Source of the DNA: an uncultured virus (IMG/VR IMGVR_UViG_3300044646_000553)
Taxonomy: Duplodnaviria > Heunggongvirae > Uroviricota > Caudoviricetes
Virus record (IMG/VR): IMGVR_UViG_3300044646_000553
Strand: one strand, 5' to 3'
DNA: 64,000 nt
The position numbers were made by a program, and so were the translations under genes. The number at the start of each line of letters is the position of its first letter. Position 1 is the first letter of the stretch. Below the pieces are notes generated by a model, which was not told the origin of the DNA, ran no database searches, and was given only the letters and a program-made list of their open reading frames with translations. Below are positions 48,886 through 57,650 of the stretch, piece by piece.

Positions 48886-49701
48886 ATGACAAAAAATTTA
48901 CTACATACAGTTATGATAAAGCCAGAAGAAAAGCCAGTCCACTCGATGGATGTTGCTGCCCTTGTTGAAAAAATCAGAGAGGGCTATACTATTAACAGAG
49001 TAGATAAGCATACAGTCAAAAAGACTTTTGCCCCTTCTACCATTGCCTACGGTCATGGAGAGTGTGCCAGATATTGGTACCTTGCTTTTGATGGACAAAC
49101 ATTTGAAGACAATGCCGATGCATACGCTGCAGCAAATATGACTGCTGGAACATTGTCTCATGCAAGAATTCAGAGTGCAATGATGAACTCTGGAGTTGCA
49201 AAAGTATATCGTAATGATGAAAATGAAGCAACAACAGAGTTTAAGATCAGACATGACGACCCACCTATCTTTGGATATGGCGATGTTATGCTTGATTGGC
49301 AGGGAGAAGAACTCATTGGTGAAATTAAAACAATGATGAATGAAGGGTTTGAATATAGAAAGGCAGCAGGTAAAGCCAAGACTGGCCACCTAATGCAATT
49401 ACTTATCTATATGAAAATCTTAAAACGGCCAAAGGGTGTTATGATTTATGAAAACAAAAATAATCATGAACTTCTTTTGATTCCCGTAGATGTAAACGAT
49501 CATTACCGTCGGTGGGTAGACCAGGCATTTGATTGGATGAGGACAGTTCGAAAGGCATGGGAAAATAAAACTTTACCAGTCAAGAACTATAGGTCCAACT
49601 CTAAGATATGCAAGTCATGCCCAATTAGAAAAGCATGTGAGTCTGCAGGACAAGGTGTAATAAAGATTGCACCCCTGGAGATTCTAAGTGAGACATTGTA
49701 A
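48886..49701 (+). CDS. Cas4-like PD-(D/E)xK exonuclease with Fe-S cysteines
   Basis: C-x-R (ECAR), GTLSH, GYGD, GEIKT, QLLIY and CKSCPIRKAC (1+3 Cys staple). No CRISPR context. Confidence 0.85.
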   Translation: MTKNLLHTVMIKPEEKPVHSMDVAALVEKIREGYTINRVDKHTVKKTFAPSTIAYGHGECARYWYLAFDGQTFEDNADAYAAANMTAGTLSHARIQSAMMNSGVAKVYRNDENEATTEFKIRHDDPPIFGYGDVMLDWQGEELIGEIKTMMNEGFEYRKAAGKAKTGHLMQLLIYMKILKRPKGVMIYENKNNHELLLIPVDVNDHYRRWVDQAFDWMRTVRKAWENKTLPVKNYRSNSKICKSCPIRKACESAGQGVIKIAPLEILSETL

Positions 49702-49972
49702 CTTTTGCGATAAACAATTTTCTCAGTCTGTATCTTACCAGATATATTGCTCTCCCGAATGCAGAGAACTTGCAACAAAAGAAAAAATTGCTGCAAGGTA
49801 TATGCAATCAAAGAGAATGAAAAGAAAAGGAAAGACAAGGTTGTGCAAATCTTGCTCTATGCCACTGTCGATATACAATGATTTTGCAGTATGCTCATCT
49901 TGTTCGGTAAATCCAGAAGCAGTAGTCAAAGCAATTAAAAAGATTAAGGACAAAACAAATGGTAAAAAATAA
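49688..49972 (+). CDS. Cys-rich double zinc-finger protein
   Basis: CNFC...YCSPEC...CKSC...CSSC. Confidence 0.7.
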   Translation: MRHCNFCDKQFSQSVSYQIYCSPECRELATKEKIAARYMQSKRMKRKGKTRLCKSCSMPLSIYNDFAVCSSCSVNPEAVVKAIKKIKDKTNGKK

Positions 49973-50549
49973 GTGGGGTCTAGAAATAAAGCCAGAGACT
50001 ATTTGTGCCATTGACGCTAGTACTAATAGTCTTGCTTTTGCATTATTTTATGAAGACGATCTTGACTCTATAGGAAAAATATATTTTGAAGGAAACAATG
50101 TATACGAAAAGGTTATGGATGCTGGTAAAAAGGTAAAAGCATTTTTTGATATTTACGGTGGGTTTGAGGCAATTGTAATTGAGCACACCGTGTTTATGAA
50201 TAGCCCAAAGACTGCTGCAGATCTTGCATTGGTGCAGGGAGCAATACTTGGATCAGCAGGGCAAACTGGTACAAAGGTTATAGGAAAAGTTTCTCCCATT
50301 ACTTGGCAAAATTTTATAGGTAATAAAAAAATATCTAAGGATGAACAGTTGTTTATTCGTTCACAAATACCTGGAAAGTCTGAGTCTTACTATAAAGCGC
50401 ATGAGCGTATGCTTAGAAAAGAAAGAACTATAAAGTTTATTAATACAATCTATGATAGAACTATTACTGATAATGATGTCGCAGATGCGTGTGGCATTGG
50501 TCATTGGGCTATAAAAAACTGGGGTAAAGCAATTGGAGTTGACAAATAA
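49959..50549 (+). CDS. RuvC-like resolvase
   Basis: AIDAS, IVIE, PITWQ, DNDVADA. Confidence 0.8.
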   Translation: MVKNKWGLEIKPETICAIDASTNSLAFALFYEDDLDSIGKIYFEGNNVYEKVMDAGKKVKAFFDIYGGFEAIVIEHTVFMNSPKTAADLALVQGAILGSAGQTGTKVIGKVSPITWQNFIGNKKISKDEQLFIRSQIPGKSESYYKAHERMLRKERTIKFINTIYDRTITDNDVADACGIGHWAIKNWGKAIGVDK

Positions 50550-50567
50550 CATCATGGCTGCTAAACT
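50539..50567 (+). promoter_or_regulatory. Sigma70/SigA-type promoter
   Basis: TTGACA-N17-TAAACT with extended TG; overlaps the start of the small HTH gene. Confidence 0.5.
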
Positions 50568-50709
50568 ATATACATCACAAGTTTTTATGCGTAAGCGTTA
50601 TCTTATGGACAAAAAGACTCCAGAAGAGATTGCAAAGGAGTGTGGGGTAAGCGTGGAAACTATTTATGTGTATCTTGCAAAATTTGGATTAAGGAAGTCT
50701 AAACGATGA
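50554..50709 (+). CDS. Small HTH protein (51 aa, not in ORF track)
   Basis: KTPEEIAKECGVSVETIYVYLAKFG is a clear helix-turn-helix pattern. Confidence 0.8.
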   Translation: MAAKLYTSQVFMRKRYLMDKKTPEEIAKECGVSVETIYVYLAKFGLRKSKR

Positions 50710-50840
50710 GTAAAACAAAAAAGATTATTTTAGTAATTACCGTGGCTAGTTCAGTAGGCATAGCCTATGTTGTTAATTCCTTTAAAAACTTTCCAGATAT
50801 TTTTGACTTAAGTGACGAGGAGGACGAAGATGAGTTCTGA
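50706..50840 (+). CDS. Small membrane protein (44 aa, not in ORF track)
   Basis: MSKTKK, a hydrophobic stretch and an acidic tail; ATGA overlap with the HTH gene. Confidence 0.6.
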   Translation: MSKTKKIILVITVASSVGIAYVVNSFKNFPDIFDLSDEEDEDEF

Positions 50841-51102
50841 GACACAGTTTACCATTGCTCAAGTTTGTGATGAGATTAAAGAGATGCTGATTGCAAAAAA
50901 TAAATCTTATGGAGATTCTGCTCTCAATCCTGTTAGAGTTTTTGCTACATCAGACAGTGTAGAGCAACTGCATGTTCGCATTGATGACAAACTTTCTAGA
51001 ATAACTAGAGGTGGATCTTATGTTGGCGATAATGATTTAGATGACCTAATCGGTTATCTCATACTGCTAAAAATAGCAAGGGAATTAAACAATGTCAACT
51101 GA
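50830..51102 (+). CDS. DUF1599/nucleotide-modification-associated domain 1 type protein
   Basis: KNKSYGDS, RIDDKLSR, DLIGYLIL. ATG 50830 after a GAGGAGG SD. Confidence 0.7.
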   Translation: MSSETQFTIAQVCDEIKEMLIAKNKSYGDSALNPVRVFATSDSVEQLHVRIDDKLSRITRGGSYVGDNDLDDLIGYLILLKIARELNNVN

Positions 51103-51637
51103 AGATGATCTAGTTAAACATCTTGATCAAGTTAATCAAGTAGTAGAAGAATACCTAAAGGGCAATGACCCTACAGTAATTTCAAAGCAACTGGACATAC
51201 CAAGAACCAAAGTCGTAACCCTTATTAATGAATGGAAGGTCATGGCATCTGCCAACGACGCTATTCGTGCTCGTGCTAAAGAAGCACTTGCTGCTGCAGA
51301 TACACACTATAGCAAACTTGTATCTCGCACATACGAAGTTATTGATGAGGCATCAATGACTAATAATCTTAGTGCAAAGACTGCTGCAATTAAACTTGTA
51401 ATGGACATTGAGTCTAAAAGAATTGACATGCTACAAAAGGCTGGCCTTCTTGAGAACAAAGAACTTGCTGAAGAAATGATAGAGATTGAAAGAAGGCAAG
51501 AAGTTCTTGTGGGAATTCTTAGAGACATAGCGTCAGAACATCCTGAAGTAAGAGATATTATTATGCAGCGACTATCTGCTATTGCAAAGCAAAACGAAGT
51601 AGTAACGATTGTATCTGAATCAATTAGTGAGCAGTAA
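51092..51637 (+). CDS. Putative terminase small subunit
   Basis: N-terminal HTH-like region (ISKQLDIPRTKV) and helical body; coupled to terL. Confidence 0.6.
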   Translation: MSTEDDLVKHLDQVNQVVEEYLKGNDPTVISKQLDIPRTKVVTLINEWKVMASANDAIRARAKEALAAADTHYSKLVSRTYEVIDEASMTNNLSAKTAAIKLVMDIESKRIDMLQKAGLLENKELAEEMIEIERRQEVLVGILRDIASEHPEVRDIIMQRLSAIAKQNEVVTIVSESISEQ

Positions 51638-53418
51638 TGTCAGACTTTGATGATTTTTTAGAAGTTCTTAAAAGCAATCACTTTGAAGAAACCCCAGTAA
51701 ACGCAAAGACATTTGTTGAGTCTCCAGACTATCTTGGTCAGCCACCACTTTCAGATATTCAATATGACATTGTTGAGGCCATGAGCCAGATATATCGTAA
51801 AGAAGATTTGATAGACATAATGGGGCAAGAAGAAGGAACTCGTTATTATGAAAAATACACAAAGAATGAAATCATTCTGCAACTTGGCAAGGGATCTGGA
51901 AAAGACTTTACATCAACCGTAGCATGTTCATATATAGTATATAAACTATTGTGCCTTAAAGACCCTGCAAAGTATTTTGGTAAGCCCTCTGGAGATGCTA
52001 TAGACCTTATCAATGTTGCTATTAACGCACAACAAGCAAAAAATGTTTTCTTTAAAGGTTTTAAATCTAAGATTGAAAAGTCCCCTTGGTTTGCTGGAAA
52101 GTATAATGCTAAGGCAGACTCAGTTGAGTTTGATAAATCAATTACTGTTTACTCTGGTCACTCAGAGCGTGAGTCACATGAGGGTTTGAACTTGTTACTT
52201 GCAGTGCTTGATGAGATTTCTGGTTTTGCATCTGAGGTTGGAACTGGAAATGAACAAGGAAAGACTGCAGACAACATCTACAAGGCTTTCCGTGGATCAG
52301 TAGATTCTCGTTTCCCAGACCTTGGAAAGGTTGTTTTACTTTCGTTCCCAAGATTTCCAGGCGACTTTATTTCAGAAAAGTATGATGCAGTGATTGCTGA
52401 AAAAGAATCAGTTGAAAAAACACACGAATTTATAATTAATCCATTACTTCCAGACACGGACCCAGATAATAAGTTTCAAATTTCGTGGGATGAAGATCAT
52501 ATAATCTCATACAAGTATCCAGGAGTGTTTGCACTAAAGAGACCTACATGGGAAGTAAATCCTACTCGCAAGATTGATGACTTTATGATTGCATTTATGA
52601 CAGACCTTGGAGATGCAATGATGCGCTTTGCATGCGTACCAACTTTTGCTTCTGATGCATTTTTTAAGCAGGCAGAAAAAGTAAGAGCCTGTATGACATT
52701 AAGAAACCCAATAGATAACTTTAAAAGATTTGACGAATCATTTAAGCCAGACCCTACTAAAAAATATTATGTTCATGCTGACCTTGCACAAAAACATGAT
52801 AAGTGTGCGGTAGCAATTGCACACGTAGAAAAATGGGTAAACATACAAGTCATTAATAACTATGAGCAGGTAGCACCTATTGTAGTAGTAGATGCAGTAG
52901 CATGGTGGGAGCCAAAGGTGGAAGGCCCAGTTAATCTCTCTGAGGTTAAACAATGGATCCAGAACCTCAGAAGGATAGGGTTTGATGTTGGAATGGTTTC
53001 CTTTGACCGTTGGCAATCATTTGATATTCAAAATGAATTAAAGCAGGTTGGAATGAGAACTGATACTGTTTCTGTTGCTAAGAAGCACTACGAAGATATG
53101 GCTATGCTTGTCTATGAGGAAAGGCTTGCCATGCCAGCCATAGATTTATTATTTGATGAACTAACCCAATTAAAGATTATGAGAAATGATAAAGTTGACC
53201 ACCCCCGCAAAAAGTCAAAGGACTTGGCTGATGCTGTGTGTGGAGCAATATTTGGGGCAATATCACATACCCCAAAAAATACAGACACTGAGGTAGAGGT
53301 TCATACTTTTAGGGATAGACCTAAGCGAGTTGACGAACTACCTGAGAACGTGATACAATATAAACCTAGCCAGATAGAAGAAATAAAAGACTACCTGGAC
53401 AGACTAAAAACACTATAA
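51637..53418 (+). CDS. terL: Terminase large subunit
   Basis: Walker A GKGSGKD, Walker B AVLDE, nuclease HADLA..HD, SFD and DHP..SKDLADA. Confidence 0.9.
   Translation: MSDFDDFLEVLKSNHFEETPVNAKTFVESPDYLGQPPLSDIQYDIVEAMSQIYRKEDLIDIMGQEEGTRYYEKYTKNEIILQLGKGSGKDFTSTVACSYIVYKLLCLKDPAKYFGKPSGDAIDLINVAINAQQAKNVFFKGFKSKIEKSPWFAGKYNAKADSVEFDKSITVYSGHSERESHEGLNLLLAVLDEISGFASEVGTGNEQGKTADNIYKAFRGSVDSRFPDLGKVVLLSFPRFPGDFISEKYDAVIAEKESVEKTHEFIINPLLPDTDPDNKFQISWDEDHIISYKYPGVFALKRPTWEVNPTRKIDDFMIAFMTDLGDAMMRFACVPTFASDAFFKQAEKVRACMTLRNPIDNFKRFDESFKPDPTKKYYVHADLAQKHDKCAVAIAHVEKWVNIQVINNYEQVAPIVVVDAVAWWEPKVEGPVNLSEVKQWIQNLRRIGFDVGMVSFDRWQSFDIQNELKQVGMRTDTVSVAKKHYEDMAMLVYEERLAMPAIDLLFDELTQLKIMRNDKVDHPRKKSKDLADAVCGAIFGAISHTPKNTDTEVEVHTFRDRPKRVDELPENVIQYKPSQIEEIKDYLDRLKTL
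53330..53359 (+). promoter_or_regulatory. Promoter within terL 3' end, driving ORF 53439
   Basis: TTGACG-N18-TACAAT with extended TG. Confidence 0.55.
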
Positions 53419-53438
53419 AACAAGGAGAAATAAATTAA

Positions 53439-54611
53439 ATGAACTCATTTAAGAAAATCGCACTAGCCATGGTTGCAGCCATGACTTTGGGCACAATCGT
53501 AGCAACACCTGCAAGTGCTGCTGTAATGACAGTCGCTGTAGATCTTGCTGGAACGGCTAACACAACCGCTTCATCAATCTCAACACCTGCTTCATTGCCA
53601 GTACCTGCAGACAACACAGTTGACGCTGCAGACGCACTTAAGTTCGTCGCAACAGTTGACACAGGAACAGTAGTTTCTGTTGTAGCAACAAACGCAACAA
53701 TCGTGTCTGCACTACACACAACCGCTGCACCAGTAACATCGGCATCTGGATCATCAAGTTTATCCATTGCGACTGGTACAGGAACAACAGCAACGTTTTA
53801 TGTATATACTAAAACGACAGCAATTGGAACAGTTGTTATAACAAACCAAGGTACAACACTTACCTACTACGTACAGGGAACTGCTGGTAAGATTAATACT
53901 CTTACAGTATCTGCTCCTGCTTCAGGTGCTGCTGGAACAAAGCAAGACATTTTAGTTACAGCAACAGACGTATTTGGTAATAAGGTGTCTGCACCAACTA
54001 CTGGTACGTCAATTACTGCAACAGTGTTTGCTGCAACAGCAACACTAGATTCTGCAACAGCAGTAACTGGTCTTACACTTTCAAATTTTGGAGTTGCAAA
54101 GTTTACTGCAACACTTCCAACAACTGGAACTCGTGCACTTGTTATGTTTGCTCCAACAACTGCTGGAGATGCAACAACTGCTGATGTAGTTGGTTTGCCA
54201 GCACGAGCACTTGCACCATATGCAGAAATCACAGTTCGTGATCTAGTATCAGAACTTGCTGCACAGACTGCTGCTAAGGATGCAGCACTTGCTGCAAAGG
54301 CTGCTTCAGATGCTGCACTTGTTAAGGCAACAGCAGAGCACACTGCTCTAATTGCTGCTAAGAATGCAGAACTTGCAAAGTTCAAGGACGACACAACAAC
54401 AGCAGTTGCTCAGGCAAAGGCTGCTTCAGATAAGGCACTTGCAGATGCAAAGGTAGCATCAGATGCTGCTCTTGCTGCTAAGGATGCACAGATTGCTAAG
54501 TTGACTGCAGATAATGCAGCAGCACTTTCTTCTTTGAAGAAGTCATTCAATGCACTTGCTACAAAGTGGAACAAGAAGAATCCAAAGGCTAAGGTTACTT
54601 TAGTTAAGTAA
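53439..54611 (+). CDS. Exported Ala/Thr-rich protein (Ig-like core, coiled-coil/basic C-terminus), surface-layer-like
   Basis: Sec signal peptide MNSFKKIALAMVAAMTLGTIVATPASA, AKAASD repeats, Lys-rich end; own promoter, SD and terminator. Confidence 0.7.
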   Translation: MNSFKKIALAMVAAMTLGTIVATPASAAVMTVAVDLAGTANTTASSISTPASLPVPADNTVDAADALKFVATVDTGTVVSVVATNATIVSALHTTAAPVTSASGSSSLSIATGTGTTATFYVYTKTTAIGTVVITNQGTTLTYYVQGTAGKINTLTVSAPASGAAGTKQDILVTATDVFGNKVSAPTTGTSITATVFAATATLDSATAVTGLTLSNFGVAKFTATLPTTGTRALVMFAPTTAGDATTADVVGLPARALAPYAEITVRDLVSELAAQTAAKDAALAAKAASDAALVKATAEHTALIAAKNAELAKFKDDTTTAVAQAKAASDKALADAKVASDAALAAKDAQIAKLTADNAAALSSLKKSFNALATKWNKKNPKAKVTLVK

Positions 54612-54624
54612 TTAGTCCAACACT

Positions 54625-54657
54625 AAAGGGGTTACCAATTACGGTAGCCCCTTTTTT
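54625..54657 (+). terminator. Intrinsic terminator
   Basis: AAAGGGGTTACC / GGTAGCCCCTTT stem followed by a T tract. Confidence 0.85.
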
Positions 54658-54668
54658 GTGCAATAAAA

Positions 54669-54677
54669 TGGTATAAT
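54669..54677 (+). promoter_or_regulatory. Extended -10 promoter (TGGTATAAT)
   Basis: Consensus match directly after the terminator. Confidence 0.65.
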
Positions 54678-54715
54678 CATCCTATCAGACATGTCGTCTG
54701 CAAGGGGGAAAGGTA

Positions 54716-56869
54716 ATTAAACGACTACTAAGAATAGTAACAGCCACAGTTCTAGCCTTTGGCTGGCTACTTATAGCCCCCCAGGAAGCCCACTCTGATG
54801 ATCCACTCACAGTAGCAGCCCAAGAAATACAGGAACTTAACGATAGCGTAGACGATCTTGGCTACAAGGATGAATTTATAGATCTTATAGAGATAGCAGA
54901 AAATAAGTTTGCCTCAGCCACAAATGCGAAGGAACTTAAAGATGATGCCTATGATGCCCACGAAGATGCAGTAGAAGCAGAAGCCACAGCCTTAGAAGCA
55001 AAGAACCTTGCCCAATCAAATGTGGATGGGCAGACAGCCACAGTAGCCTTGGCCCTTGAACATAAAAACAATGCTCTTGAAGAAAGAAACGATGCACAGG
55101 ATGCTCTCAGCATAGCCAATATTAATGTTCAAACCACACAATCTAATATGCAGAGTGCTGGAGGAACAGGTTTGGCATACACTGTTTATACTCTTGTTAG
55201 GCAGGGTAATGTTGCTACCCCAGGATCTGTTCTTTGTTCTGGCACCTGGAACTCAAACTCTATGCAACTTCCAGTGTGCGGAAATAGATATGAAAACTTT
55301 ATAGTTAAATTTACTGGACAGATAACAGTCCCTTCATGGTTTACACAAACCTACTTTGCAGGATATACGGATGATGGTTTTAGAATGTATGTTGACGGGC
55401 AACTTGCTGTTGATAACTGGGTAGAGCAAGGGACAACTTGGAGCGATTACTCTCCCGTATATGATGTTAGTGAAGACAAAACTTTAGATGTAGAAATATG
55501 GTGGTACAACGGAGGAGGCCCTGGATCCTACCTTCTTGGCTGGGGAATCCCTGGAGGATGGACTGGTGCAGGTTGTGACTATGCTGGAAATCCAAGAGTA
55601 TGGGGACAAAATTTTAGTTGTAATCTTAATACATTTTCTTCTGGATCAGGACCAACTCAATCACAAATAAATGCTTACAATGATGCTGTTGCAGCACAGG
55701 CTATAGCACAAACAAACTATAACAATAAATTGGCAGTATACAATAACAAACTAAGCGTATACAACTCTGAGAATACAACACTGTCATCAATGAATCAGGT
55801 TTTGCAAACCAAGACACAGGAACATCTTGATGCCATTTCAGATACAGAAGATGCTTTAGACTTGAAGAATAGCAGAATAGAAATATATAATCAGTCAATA
55901 ATTGATTTAAATAATGCTATTGGTGATGCATGGGATTATTATTATGAGCAGGCACAAAGAGAACTTAATGCTGCTATTGCTCAGGCAGCAGCCAATGCTG
56001 CAGCCAATCAGCCTACCCCAGAACCCACACCAGAACCTTCTCCAGAACCAACCGAAGAGCCAACAGATGAACCAACTCCAGAGCCTTCGCCAGATCCAAC
56101 TGATGAGCCTACAGATGAACCAACGCCTGAACCTACCTCAGAGCCATCACCAGAGCCTACAGTAGACCCTACAGAAGAGCCTACACCTGAACCTACCCCA
56201 GAAGTTACCCCAGATCCAGAACCAACTGAAGAGCCAGTTGTAGAACCTACTGTAGAACCTACTCCAGAACCTTCACCAGAACCTGGACCAAATCCAGAGC
56301 CAGAAGATAATCCTTGGATTGAACCAGATGCAGAAATCAAAGATGAAGTATTGGCAGCCCTCATTCCTAAAAAGGGAACTGGAACTTCAGAAGATTTATC
56401 TGGAGTTATTGCTAACCTTACAAGCAAGGATAATAAGTTAGTTACTCTTTCCCCTGAACAAATCACAGCAGTTAGTCAAACGCTTAAAGCATTGACACAA
56501 GAAGCAAAGCAAGAGGTTGCAGAAGACCTTGGTATTAAGGCTTCAGAAGTTGCACAGATTGCTGAGCAGATGAAGTCTAACCCAGTACTTGCAGAAGCAT
56601 TTGTTGAGTTCGCAGAAAGAGCAGGGGATGCAGGAGAAACCCCAATGCCATTTACATTAGCAGATGCAGTAACAGAAGTACAAACAGAAGCATTCTTAGC
56701 AGACCCACTTGGAGCAGTATTTGAAGTGGATGTTACAGAACTCCTATCTAATTTCTCTGAATTAGGTATGGATATGACAGACGATCAGAGAGAAAAGGCC
56801 CAAGAAGTCATTATCCCAGTAATCATTGTTTCACAGATTGCAAATGTAATGATTGGGATGAGGAGGTAA
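54716..56869 (+). CDS. Exported PA14-domain protein with a PT/PE-rich stalk; probable ATT start
   Basis: Frame is open from TAA 54674. ATT 54716 follows a purine-rich SD and gives signal peptide (M)KRLLRIVTATVLAFGWLLIAPQEAHS. PA14 motifs: NFIVKFTG, TDDGFRMYVDG, IWWYNGGG. Confidence 0.75.
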   Translation: MKRLLRIVTATVLAFGWLLIAPQEAHSDDPLTVAAQEIQELNDSVDDLGYKDEFIDLIEIAENKFASATNAKELKDDAYDAHEDAVEAEATALEAKNLAQSNVDGQTATVALALEHKNNALEERNDAQDALSIANINVQTTQSNMQSAGGTGLAYTVYTLVRQGNVATPGSVLCSGTWNSNSMQLPVCGNRYENFIVKFTGQITVPSWFTQTYFAGYTDDGFRMYVDGQLAVDNWVEQGTTWSDYSPVYDVSEDKTLDVEIWWYNGGGPGSYLLGWGIPGGWTGAGCDYAGNPRVWGQNFSCNLNTFSSGSGPTQSQINAYNDAVAAQAIAQTNYNNKLAVYNNKLSVYNSENTTLSSMNQVLQTKTQEHLDAISDTEDALDLKNSRIEIYNQSIIDLNNAIGDAWDYYYEQAQRELNAAIAQAAANAAANQPTPEPTPEPSPEPTEEPTDEPTPEPSPDPTDEPTDEPTPEPTSEPSPEPTVDPTEEPTPEPTPEVTPDPEPTEEPVVEPTVEPTPEPSPEPGPNPEPEDNPWIEPDAEIKDEVLAALIPKKGTGTSEDLSGVIANLTSKDNKLVTLSPEQITAVSQTLKALTQEAKQEVAEDLGIKASEVAQIAEQMKSNPVLAEAFVEFAERAGDAGETPMPFTLADAVTEVQTEAFLADPLGAVFEVDVTELLSNFSELGMDMTDDQREKAQEVIIPVIIVSQIANVMIGMRR
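56012..56310 (+). repeat. Degenerate 12-nt (PTPE/PTEE/PSPE) coding repeat
   Basis: About 25 four-residue Pro-x-x-Glu/Asp units. Confidence 0.85.
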
Positions 56870-56870
56870 T

Positions 56871-57077
56871 ATGAAAATAATCAAAAAGGTTGTGAAGGGA
56901 TTCTTCACATGGCTTAAAGATGCAGGGGTGGAAGTAATTGCACAGGCCTTTACTCTCCTTGGCTTCTTCATCGCATGGCTAACTTTGACGGGATCAGCAA
57001 GAGACATTGTTGGTATTGCAGTACTTGCAACCACAGTGATATGGCTAATTACAATCCCGCTAAGAAAGGAGGACTAA
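56871..57077 (+). CDS. Small two-TM membrane protein
   Basis: Two hydrophobic segments; SD GAGGAGG. Confidence 0.7.
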   Translation: MKIIKKVVKGFFTWLKDAGVEVIAQAFTLLGFFIAWLTLTGSARDIVGIAVLATTVIWLITIPLRKED

Positions 57078-57078
57078 A

Positions 57079-57291
57079 ATGAAAGATAAATTAATGTGGG
57101 TCATAACCCTAGGCATACTTGGCTTTATTGGCTTAGTAGTTCTTGGTGAATATGCCTCAATGCTCTTACAGCAATCTTCAACGGGTGAAAAATTTGGAAC
57201 CAATGAAGATGCTATCGCTTTAGTTCAAAATGCCTTAGTAGGTCTAATTGGAATTATTGGCGGATATTTCGCTGGGAAAGGAGATAAATAA
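57079..57291 (+). CDS. Small two-TM membrane protein
   Basis: Two hydrophobic segments, ending GLIGIIGGYFAG. Confidence 0.7.
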   Translation: MKDKLMWVITLGILGFIGLVVLGEYASMLLQQSSTGEKFGTNEDAIALVQNALVGLIGIIGGYFAGKGDK

Positions 57292-57575
57292 TGGCAACTA
57301 AAAAGATAGTAGAAGCCCCTAAGAAAGAAAAACCACAAAAGGCTATATCAAATATATTGATGCGTATAGTAGCAGTATTTGCTGCTTCAGGTTTATCAGT
57401 ACTTGGTGCAGGAGCCGTAGTAGGAATTGACACCATACAAGCAGTAATGCTTGCAGGTCTATTAGGCGTAGCAACAGTCATTGAAAGGCTGGCAAGGGCT
57501 TTTTTGGACGATGGAAAACTCACATTGGCAGAGATCAATGATGCGTTTAAAACGGTAGACAAAAAGGCTAATTAG
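57291..57575 (+). CDS. Holin-like membrane protein
   Basis: Two TM segments and a DDGKLTLAEIN tail; near the endolysin. Confidence 0.5.
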   Translation: MATKKIVEAPKKEKPQKAISNILMRIVAVFAASGLSVLGAGAVVGIDTIQAVMLAGLLGVATVIERLARAFLDDGKLTLAEINDAFKTVDKKAN

Positions 57576-57591
57576 TCATTATTAAGCCTGC

Positions 57592-57644
57592 TTGACAGCC
57601 CCTTCTAGGGATGGTATACTTGAGTATACCTATCTGAAGGGGCT
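57592..57644 (+). promoter_or_regulatory. Near-consensus promoter TTGACA-N17-TATACT embedded in a long inverted repeat
   Basis: -35 at 57592-57597, -10 at 57615-57620. Arms AGCCCCTTC/GAAGGGGCT and GGTATACT/AGTATACC. Confidence 0.75.
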
Positions 57645-57650
57645 TCTTGC

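Noticed and set aside
48886..49701. CRISPR-Cas system
   Set aside because: Solo Cas4-like nuclease in a recombination block; no cas1/cas2 or array.
43828..53418. Inteins or introns in dnaE, recA, terL (and nrdJ, dnaB)
   Set aside because: Lengths are ordinary, the ORFs are uninterrupted, and no intein splice-junction or LAGLIDADG motifs were seen.
54704..54712. Lambda-type GGGAAAG -1 frameshift joining the uORF to the PA14 gene
   Set aside because: Going from the uORF frame to the main frame needs +1, not -1; an ATT start explains the data more simply.
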